A program made the position numbers and the translations under genes. 64,000 nt of DNA from Tubiluchus corallicola (taxonomy: Eukaryota > Animalia > Priapulida): positions 2,790,001 through 2,854,000 of the forward strand of contig JAQGDQ010000002.1 of assembly GCA_030141605.1 (NCBI GenBank), given 5' to 3'. Below the pieces are notes generated by a model. It did not search any database. It was not told the origin of the DNA and worked only from the letters and a program-made list of their open reading frames with translations. Shown here one piece after another: positions 50,201 through 62,200 of the stretch (within the stretch, counting starts at the first letter, position 1; the number at the start of each line of letters is the position of its first letter).

Positions 50201-53200
50201 ATCAGCCCTGTGGCACTTAATGTGATGGTTTTTCGATCCAAACTTAAGAACATGTTTCTACACCATTGAATGACTGTTTCCATTGTTGCTATTTTTTAGC
50301 AGGAATTAAATTTGGGCTGATTTCTGTTGTAACTAATAAAAGATGAGATAAGATAAGTATTACTTGATTTTCCTGCTTTTGACAAACAAAAACTTATTTT
50401 TCAAGTCAAAAATGAATGCAAATTCCCAAGGTTCTTTCAATAATTGTAAGTAATTTACACAATCAAAATTTTAAAATTTCTGAAATACTGATGTATCACA
50501 CACACAGTCGCTTAGAATATTAGTGAAATTTTTGTAGTAGTGAAATTATTATCATCAGTTTTTTACTTAATTATATATTGCCCAACGTTATAATCTAAGC
50601 TACGTAAAAAACAACTTGCTGTATCTTCATATTATCACATTATTCATGTTAAATTTTTGATAGGAATTTCAAATTTCACTTGAGCACGTTTTTTGCAATT
50701 CAAAGCAATTTGCGCTAAACTTTTTTTCTCAGACATGTTACAGTTGAAGATACTAGTACTACAAATTACAGAAACAAATTATGTTAAATTTTAGCATGTC
50801 ATATCTGATTACTAGCTTGACTCAAGTAACAACTAAAGTAAAGTACCTTGACTTGATCCCAGTCCTTGAATCGTGTGGCAGACTTATTAAAACTTAGAAA
50901 TTCATTAAGGAAAAATTACAGGTGCTTTTACATTCAGCTGGTTTTACACCAACCTCTGCAAAAATTTATTTTAGGAACTTCCAGAAAATACTAACAAATT
51001 ATGAAAGTTAATTACATGTATAACAAAGATGTATTTCGTAAGGCTTGTTACTTTAACGTAACATTTAGTTATATAATGTAAAATTCATCACGTTAGACAA
51101 CTAACTTGTCTTACTCTAGTCGAGCAGGTATATTGATATTAAGGTAAATTAGGTTATATAATCAAGGTAATCGTAGGCTTGATCAATATGACAGTGCATG
51201 AACCGCATTGTAACTTTATAAAGAATTACTAGCTTTAAGAAAGTTATAGCTTGTTTAAGAAAAAGTTGCAGCTGCTATACACTCACCTGTATTTACACCA
51301 ACCTTTGCAAAAACACTCTAGAGAACTTCCAGAAAATATTAACCAAATTATGAAAGTTAATTGTAACAAACGAAGTTATATTTTGTAAGGCTTGTTACTT
51401 CTCTATAACATTTTATTATAGAGTGTAAAATTTAACATCACAGAATGTTATAACGTATTGCAAGTCAAACAGGTGTACTGATATCAAGGTAGATTTTTCG
51501 ATAATTATCAAGATGATCTTAGGAATGCACTGCGCTAAGTAAAGTCTGTAAGATTTTATTTTGCTAAAAAAATAATAAAATACATTAGGTATTTACTTTA
51601 AGATGAATTTCCTTATCACTAAATGACCTTAGTGCCTTGCCAATTGCCTGCACTTTAAATAATGCTTTATTACAGTAGCCATTTGTGATTACGCAGTTTT
51701 AGTAAGTTGTCAAAATAGTGATTGCCTGTATTTTGCTAGTACATAAACATTTACATATAAAATACTACTTTTACCAAGGCATTATCTTGAGTGTATGAAA
51801 AGCCTCATTGTGCCAGTCAGACTTAGATAAAATAAATTTGCCTTCGACTTGAGTTTCACATTGGTCTTAATATGGCTTTTAGGCTTTCAGCATTTTCTAT
51901 ATTAAGACATTAGATATTATGAAATAAAGTATAAAGTTGTTGTATAAAAGCAAATTAATAGCAATTGGTTTCTCCATCTAATAACTTTTGTCTTTATTTA
52001 CAAATTATTGAAATTTATAGTGCCCTGTTTTATGTGGTCTACCAAAATACATTAGTTTCTCGATTACCAAATTGCTGTTTTATCTTTTTAAGGTATTGGG
52101 TCACATTACTACATCCTAATAAATAAACAGCTATTTTTGGAATAGCTCATCCCACTCTGGCCAGAATTTATTTCTTATCCTGTCTATGTATTCCTTTATA
52201 TTCTGACACTCTCCATAGAGTAATGGCTTGTATGGAAAGTTGATAGGACAATACAGCACTTGTGTGAGATGCCCAAACATCCAACAATCAACCTGCAAAA
52301 TGTAATAAAAAGTTACATACAGTATTGCATATATTTCTAGGCTAATTGTCATCCAAAATAAATGCAAAATTGAAAAGGCATTTTTCCAATAAAATTATGG
52401 CTGCATATGCATCTATTAGCTCCATAGAGCAAAATGAGGTGCAATACAAAATCTTACCATGCTCGGTTCCTCACCCATGAGGAATTGTTTTGTGCCAAGA
52501 AAGTTTGAGATAGCTTGTATCTGTTCTGCTCCTATCTGTGCAATATCTTCTGCAGTATGACGACCAATTCCATGTGCATACAATTTTGTATTAACCTTAA
52601 GAAATATTGCTTGCATAAATTTGCCATTTACAAAATTTGTAAACTTATACATTAAGTTCTGCTTTTAGGACTTTGAAAAAGTTTCAGCAACTTACAACTT
52701 TTTGGATACGGTTGGTCATAATGAATCGAGGTAACACATTCATGAGAAATGGTGGCTGGTCATTGAAAAGTCCACTTAAAAGCATCTCTAAGAATTTGTT
52801 GATTTCTGTCACATAGCGATAGTGGATATACGTCCTAAAACAAGTAAAAACTAAAACGAATTTGTCGAATGTTGAGATACCTTGGGCCGTATTTTGCCTT
52901 AAGCTGAATAAAGCATGCCTTCAGACTCAAAGTTACAGTTAATTGTTTTAAGAAAAGTTTTTTTAATTAAAAAACCTAATTATATTAAATTTGAAGTTTA
53001 AATAAATGTATTACTATAATTTAATACGTAATACACACACATATTTAAAGCGTTCTGTAAAACATGTGAAACTGTCTGAAAATTTGTGAAAACGTGCTGG
53101 GGTGCTTCAAATAACTTTATACTGCAACATGTTGTTTATACCAAACGAAGTAATTGTCCATCATCTCTTGGAATGCCACTGATACGCCTCGTTGGTCTGT

Positions 53201-56200
53201 TGTCAGGTGTTTCTCTGTGTCAATTTGGAAGTAGTTGGACAACATCTTGACAATAAATGTTGAATCAGCATACGGTTTGCCATTCAGTTCTATCCATGGC
53301 ATTTGTTTCTTACTTGATGGCTGCATTGTACTGACATACTGGAAAATTTATACTAAAATGCACATTTAAAATTACGAAATTAACGTATATTGTGCCAAAA
53401 GTTTCTCATTAAATATCCATTTCATTGGCATGTGTTAAGAAAATGAAAGTAAAGAAAACTAGCGTTTTTTTCTAACAAATTCTTCTTACCTCGTATTTTA
53501 GGTTTGTCATGCGTAAAAATGTTTCAAGTTTTAAGACGAATGGTGATAATTGGAGAACTCCACATATTTTGGAAGTTCTTGGAAATCCGTAGACGTAGAT
53601 GACATCCTTCTCATAATTAGCAGTCAAAAGTGGCCGCTTACTAAGAGCTTTACGATTTCGGAAATGTTTGATGATTCCTCCAGCTATTATCAGCCCAGCA
53701 GCACCTACTGCTATAGTTTTTCGATCCAGGATTGAAAATGTGTCTTTACTCCATTGCATTGCGGTTTCCATGATGGTTCAAACCTGTGTTTGCAGAGCAC
53801 TGGCTCCTGTAATTTTGTCCTTTTAAGGATTTTCAATGTGTACTGTACTTTTATTTTTTATAAAAGGTGAATTAACATCTATTCATAGTTTGGCAACACA
53901 GCAATAGCATCAACAGCAGCAGCAATGACGTTGACAATAGTAGCAGCAATAATATGAATTAATAATTTGTGACAATATTAATAAGCTATAAAGACAATTA
54001 TAATTCAGTGATCTCATCAAAGTGACAGAGTCAGTCATGTGAGTGTCTGACTCATATGGGTAGTCTTGCAGTCTAGTAAACAAGTGATATGTATATGCAA
54101 TATAACTTTTTAGGCTTCTAAACCGATATTTCCAAGCACAATGCCAATACTTTATTATAAAATAATTTTACATCAATGAACAATTTGTAACAATTTGTTA
54201 TCAAATTAATTTACATAAATGTAAAAATTTACATTTCTTGATATCATTTTAGGCTTTATTGATGTATCTTCTTGTCACCAAAACCCAATGGCAATTTGTT
54301 TTAATATTCTTATTAATATTTAGTAAGAGAAAAACTCCTTTGACACCCTACTAGATTTATACATTGTACGTGGTTACACTACTGTTCTTACCTGTCTGAG
54401 ATTCCAATTAAAACTTAATTTAATATACAGCAACCAGTACGTGCATGTTAGTTGTCAAGAGCTGAGTGCATTCTAACTCATAGTACTAACAAACACCAAG
54501 CTGATGCACTTTATGTACTGCACAAAAATGTACATTAATAGCACAGTAACTGTTATTTGAAGAAACAGGTTACATTATAGTTATATCTAACCTAATGCAG
54601 GTCATGCTAACTATGATCAATTTATAAGATACCTGTCTGTTGTTAAGGGAAAAACTAAGAAATCAGCTAAGTTTGACAAATAAATGACCTTGGTACCTTG
54701 CTGTCTATTTGCTGGCGTTACGGTAGGCACATTGATCCATGACTGTTGTACTTACGTTTGTTTCCATTGAGCTGGGTAGGATAAATAGTATAAGTTACTC
54801 TAGTATGAATATATGTAATCGTAATGTTGTACGTACAATGTAATTGTGCCAGGGCTTAATAAAAGATTGTCATCGTGTTACCCAATGCTTATGACTTTTT
54901 GGTGGGAAATTGTGCAGAACACTTTTTAATTTGTAGTGGAAACATAATTAGGCGTGTGCAAAGATAACTTTGGCCCGTTGTGAATTATAAAAGACATCGC
55001 CGTATTGCAATGAGTGAAGAATGTGTAATATGCTGCAACATTGAAAGATATTGTACACAATGCGACCTAAACAAAATTTGTGCAACAGTCCACTATTTCC
55101 ATTTATTCAAAAATTAAATTTGATGTCCATCTTTAATTATGAGTGTACTAGCCTGTCACCCGCTCGCTTTGCTCACTAATATAATTTTTGGACCCTTCCA
55201 AGAACGGGACCCAAGTGGTCAGTCCTGTCACGCATCGTTATCGTTGTTGTGGGACAATCAACAAATTGCTTTAATGTTCGCAAGGAATGATTTGTTGTAG
55301 AAGTTCTCCACTACACTTTAAAGTTTCTTGTAATTTAGGGTTAGGAATAATATTATTGCTTATAATGTTACTGAGGTTTGAAGTTATTGAATTTTAGCAT
55401 TATATAGACGTAGCAGTTCATTGAATCCTGCCTGCATTTTTGGGGTAAATTTCATGTAAAACTGGTTTAGTAAAGCTCGTGCGTCAAACTCCCCACTGTA
55501 GACCTGTTCACTAAACCTGTGTGTGCTTACATTTGAGGGGAAACTGATATGAGTAAAACCTAGTGCGTATGACGCATGACTTGATGGAAGGGCGGGTTCA
55601 GTAGGACCATAACAGGTTGTGGGTTATTTGAGTGCCGGGGCTATTTGTATTCTTGATTGTGTCGTATCCGCTATCGACAAAAACTCAGTCAGCGGGCCAA
55701 GTTTCAATCAGTTCTGTAGGTGCTCTGTAGCTGAGTGGCATAGAAACAGACACACAGAAACCTTTCATTCTTTTATAGTACATGTACCATAGTATAGATG
55801 CAGTACAGTTACATATGTTTATTTATAGCTCTAGTATATCCACTTTGCAATCAATGTATGTGTGCAATGTAGATACATGTTTGAAATGAGAGTTACCAAT
55901 ACCTACATAGCTTAAACTACATGTAGCTCATTTATATAAATTTATTTTGTCAAACTATTTTTGTAATAATCCTGTAACTCTTGATTTATACTAGATATCC
56001 TGCTACATTTTTTTTAAAATAATACTGCTTACCATGTGAATTAACCCTTCCATAAATGATTTACCAATAGTTGGATTTACATTAATTTTTGTCATCGTCA
56101 TAGTAGTCCATAATTATTACTACCTTGCTCTGAATTTGTCATGCTGCTAATGATTTGTAATTTAATGTTAAGCCTTCTGCAAGTTCTCTTTTTAGTTGTT

Positions 56201-59200
56201 TTTTTAGCTTCAGATAAAAATGCGAATGCCGTTCTCTAGGCATAAAAGTTTCCAAGTGATCGATGAAGCTTAGGAATTAATTGTGTTTCATTATTTGCCA
56301 GTTGAACTAAGTAAAGCAAGCAACTTCAAAAGGTCATTTTAGCAGAAATACAGAATAACTCATCTTACCATTGGTGTCTGTCTCTGTCGATATCATAATT
56401 TTTGCTTTAAAGTTGGAAAAAGTTTTTCTCTTTGATGTTAAAATCGGTGATGTCGCTGGGGGGGGGGGGCGCACCGGTTGACACCATAATGTAAGTGTAT
56501 TTTGATGAAAAAGTGACTTGGCAAAAGTAATTGATTTTGATGAAGTAATTGACAAGTTCGCAGCGGTGAAGTCCAAGAAAGAAAAGTTCTGATTATTGAC
56601 CTATATGGTAAAATGGGCTAATGTCGGACGTAGGCTTATATCGGACAGTGACATTTACGTTTTCTTATTACCTGTTAAATTGCCTGGACGTTATTTTTTT
56701 CATTTCATTGTTAATACTGCCACATCACATGGCCTTTAGACTGGCCAAAATGCCTAGCATTTTATCTTCCAGCAGCCATACAGGTCGTGAACATACAAAC
56801 TCGCTCATCGAGAACGTTTATCTTCAATTGTATTAACTTTTTTAATTCGCTGATAAATAGACCCAAGGCATTAATTATTTACAGCATCCTATTCAGAAAT
56901 GGTTTATTTTGTAAGTTACTTTTTCCTGATGGTTTCATGCCACACTTTATAAAGCACCATATTTGTTTATTATACAGCTCACTGAAGCAATGTCCGACTT
57001 TACTCAAGGGCGTAGGTTAATGTCGTGCAATCGCATTTATGTGTTTGCCGGAATTAATTGTTTATATAGATAAACAACATTGATTTCTTGGTAATATGAT
57101 TTTAATAATTTTAGAAACATTGGGAGAAAGCCAATATCGAAACAATTGGTAAAAATGCTGCAAATATAAAAAAAACTTAAATAATAAGAGAGGGAAACGT
57201 TAACGGTGGAGCTATGATTAAATGCAATCTGCCATAAATTCATATTCACAAATGAGCAGCACAGAGAAAATGTCAGTAAGGGCATTGGCGCTTTCCTATT
57301 CTATTTTCTAACATCTCTCTCATGTCGTCATTGATCAGCCCCGATGTTACAAACCATTTAAAATAATTTAAATGCCATAGCCACAAAGTAGTTAATTACG
57401 TCTGTCGATACCGTGCCAACGCTCCGACATTACCTGCAAGTGTCCGACAAGTGTGCGCAAGAGTTGTAGGCGGTACTTCCGCTCGAGAGACGACTTAGCG
57501 AGATAGTATAAATGTAAAACGGAAAAGATCGTAGGGGTAAAAAGTAGTCATTTATGTTTAACCCCTGACCATGCTGTGAGCTGTAAAACGCGAAAGAGAG
57601 AACGTGTGATATAACAATTAACAGAGGTTTAACAAGAGAAAGAACTATGGGCAAAAAGCCTACTTATAAGCTTCGCCCTGTCGATCTACTGTAATTACCC
57701 CACTTTGCGAAATGATGTAGCAAAGCAGTTAATTGTCACAGCATTTTGTGCAGCCACCCCTTTTTCAGTACTTCTTGATTCTTTAACAGCATAGCTTTAC
57801 TTTATCAGACGTTATTCAAAGAAAATAGTAAATGTCCGACAAGTAAAAATGTAGATAGAAACCTGAAAAAAGTCATTTTTGTCCGACATTAGCGCATTTT
57901 ACCCTAATTAGTAAATACAAAATTGTTTGTGTTTTAATGCCAGTTTCTTTTGATATTTCAACTAAGTAGTGTAATTTCATATGATTAAAAGTGTTGCATC
58001 AATGTGTAAATACCTCATATAAAAAATGAAAATATTAAAAATTTCATTTTAAAATAAACATTGACAATGTGTGATGTTTTTCCTAATCACCATGTAACAT
58101 GTGCTTGCCACCCACACGAACGGGTGACACTATGAGTACTGCACCGGGTCACACCAATCCTAGCGACGCCCCTCTTTAAAATAATGAATTTGTTATGCAG
58201 TGCAATAGCAGCAATACTGCCCATTGTAGGTTTGATAATGTAACAAGTCAAGTAGTTTGTGTTTTATTTTCGTAGGTGATACTAAAAATCTGGATGGTTT
58301 TCTGACTGAGGAAGAACATGTGTTTTGGTCGGAAAAATATGCTCTACCTGAAGCAGACATTTCATTCATGCCCACATCTCACTGGGTATATCTGAAGAAA
58401 AATAATGAACAGGTTAGTTAAATAGTCAAATTAAGTACTGATGGGTAGTTCTGCTGAAACTGTTTTTCTACGTGTTTAAACTTTAAAAATTAATTGTAGG
58501 TACCTGCACCACAAACTTTCACAAGGAAAGAGTTGTCATTATCAAAATGGATGCCGTGGCAGAATCGGTTACAAGAAACCTGTTACGTTGACCACTCAAC
58601 AAATACGAAAGATTTTGTTGAATTAGTGACATTCATCCAGGTAATGAAATTTATTTATATTCTGCAACTAAGTTTTAAATTGCTCACAAAGAGGAATAAA
58701 ACTTATATATTAATTGGTCATAGTTAATTGCATTGACGTACATTTGTCAAAATGCAACTTGCTTCCAATATGACATGACGTGTAGCATTATGGGAGGTGT
58801 ACGCAAAACAAAACCCGTCATTAGACTTTACTGCTTTGAAAGTATGTGTGTATGTGGATTTGTAAGTATTTCGTCTTCATTATCTAAAACAGCTTTATGA
58901 ACAGGTGCTTCATTATTATTTCGGAACATATTTTTTGATTATGGTTCTAGATTTTCGAGAACTGATTCACAAGTAATTTTCAAAATTTAGATTTGATCCT
59001 GATCCTGATACCCTTTAACCATGAACCTGATTTTGCAAGACAGATATTGCAGTTTATTAGTTGTATTTTTTGTACAAATTTATGTGTCGAAGCCATGTTG
59101 TGTCCTTATTTTGCTTACTTTGTCTTCTCTTTAGAATTTCAAACATGTCAATAGAACTGGTATCTAGGTTTCCGTGTATAGTTTAAAAGCTGTCTGTCAG

Positions 59201-62200
59201 TTTAACATCACTGTTTAGTCAGGGAAACTTATGGGAAGTTTTAAAATGATCATATAGACTCCATTAATATACTCATTTGGTAGAGACAAGATTGTCTATT
59301 TGCAGGTAAAGTTCAATGTAATGCCTATAGTGAAAACTATTTATTATTGGCACTCTAGAAAACATATTCATTTTTACAAACTGGTTGTTTTGGTTATTAT
59401 TTCAGCTTTTTTATTCTTTCAGCTTTCCATTAAATTTATAAATGCTTCAGCATTAAGTGTCACGTACAATAAATTATTGTGTCCCAGCTTCAGCTGACCA
59501 CTTGGTCAAAATTGGTTTCACTTTATCGTATATATTATCTATGTGATTGTCATTTTGCTTGTTCCACAGAACTTTATACATGAATAACTTTCAGGTATGA
59601 ACACGATTTTTGATCTGTTAGGGTTTAAAAAATGTGTTGGGTTGCTGCTCATTTAGTAATTGAAATTGAATGGATTTTTTTTATTGATTCACAGCCGTAT
59701 ATTTATTGTTTCCATTCACTTATATTGAATTTTAAGTTTTCTGATTTGCGAATGATGTTAAAAACTTTCTTAAAATTAATTATTTGCAAATGATGTTAAA
59801 AACTTTCTTGAAATTACTTAATTCCTTGGTTAGAAACTTGTTAGGATTAGAGCAAAATTTAAATTTTAGATAACGTAGGTTATTCATATCTATGTACCAT
59901 TTCTGTTCATTGAGATTCTTGCCAGATGTTTTGGATTTTTAAAATTTTTATTTGATAGTGACTGTCAAAATAAATATTTGTAATTAGTTGCAGGAGGAAT
60001 TAGGCGATGAAGATATTTATGGGATGGAAATGGCAGCTTATCTAGACTACTCAGATGTATTAAAACCAGGCATAAAAAGTAATGAAGTCAGTGAAAGTGG
60101 TATGTATCCTTAACTCATAGCTAACAACGAGTTTTGTCATTTTAGTTGCTGTATGCAGAAAAACCGATGTTGTGATTAGGGAATTGCCCTCTGCACTGTA
60201 CCACAGAAACTGAACAACACTTCATCTTGGGTTGTTTACTTTGCCTATCATATGCTAATCGTTTTTTGTGTTTTACAAGAGCAGCTAATTATAATTTATA
60301 TTTCGTTTCATTATAATTAAATGCTGAAAGGCCAATAACATCATTGTTTGTTTGCTGCACTAAACAAATTATTGAGTTTGGTAAAAAATTTTGTCTACTA
60401 TGTTTGTCCACAAATGTGAAACAAAAATTATGAACTACTTGAAAAAGCTTTGCTGATTGTGTTTTCCAATTCTACTACTTTTTCATATGTTTCTGTAAAT
60501 TTAGTATGCATGGTGTGGGTTCACTAATGTTCGTAATTGAAGCACGATTGAAAACTAGTTTATTATCAAGTATATTTGATAATCATCTCAGGTGAGACAT
60601 TGAGCCTGGAAACCAAATGTAATGTCCCGCATTTTCTGTTTATGTTGTATCAGTTTTGGGACATTAAATATATTAACTATATGTCTGATTGATTAGCAGA
60701 AATGGTGCCATACTCATGGAGTGCTATTTATTGAAATTACTAAGTTTGGAAGTTGGTGGAATTTACTAAAACTGACTTTAAGTCATTGTAAAAATCTTTT
60801 AATTAAATTTTAACTGCTTTTGTTTTATAATCTAGGAATCTTGAAGTACTATGATCAACTTACTAAAGAAACAAAGGATGCAAAACAAAAACCCAAAAGA
60901 AGCAAAATAAAGTGTACCAATGACAGTGATGAGGAATTTTCTAGCTTTCTTAAAGGGAAGTGCCAAAGGCAAAAACTTACAGGAAACAGTCGTTCACTAT
61001 CTAGCAATTACAGTGTGAATGAGGGTGAAGATCAACCTATTAATAAAGTGAGACGAGAGGGTGCTGGTGAAAAGGACAGTATCAATAATGATAAAAGAAA
61101 CAGTGTGCTCTTCTCGAGTAATAAAAACTGTGATTATGCAAAAGCCATTGTAGAATGCAAGAATGGTGTTAATGTTAGAAACTGCATTGTCAGCAAAGAC
61201 ACCAACTTGTTATGCAGTAAAACTAGATCTGTTTCTGAAACTGTTAGTGCACTGCAAGAGTCACCCATATTCAGAAGTCCAAATACAATCCGTGATGAAA
61301 AATTAGACTTTATCAGTGACATCAACAACACAATAGATAACAAAAGTGATTCCAAAAATATCGGTCATGATAACCGAAATTTTTGTGATAATACAAATGC
61401 TCAACACTATAGCATTAGCAACAAGAGCAGCACAATGCAGCACTTATTTTGCATTCCTACTCCACCAGCCCTAGAAGAAAATCTGGACTTTTTAGAGCAG
61501 GCACATAGCCCTGTTGATATTTTAGAAATTATTGATCAGTTAGAAGCAGAGCGTGCGATTAAAAGAAACAGTAATGCATTCACTGAAAGTAATGATGAAA
61601 AGCGTATTGGAAATGGCGAAAATTTTATGAAGTATGGAAATCCGTTGGAGGAAGCTGCTGATGCTTTAATACCAAGCAATAAAAAAGATGAATCGTTTCT
61701 TAGGCACAAAGGAAAATCATCAATTGTTTCGACGTCATTAGTAACACAACCACATATAAATGAAGATGCTTACTTAGCTGTACAGAAGAAGTTAACGAGC
61801 CTATCTCGATTGCAAAATTTAGATGAGTTTTGTGAAGCTGTGAAACATAATGTCAAACTTTGTGCAGATCAAAAAGACAAACCTGCAAATTTGTCTATAA
61901 AACAAAATCTAGATAGCAGCTGTTCAGAACTTCCAAGTCCAAGTAAAAACGTTATCCCAGTTAACAAAACTGTTATTTCCAAAGAAGAATTTGGACATGT
62001 TGTTAATATTAGTAACAGTACTGCAAAGGGCAAAGAGGAAGCTATGGATGATTGTAAACAAAAAGGCATCTGTAAAAATGAGCATTCATATGTCTCCAGT
62101 AATGATGGACAGCACAAAGTGAATCATAATATAGTTACTAGTGAAATTGATTCTAAAACCAATGCTTGTAGTTTCCTGCCATCAGATGTTAAAAATCTGC

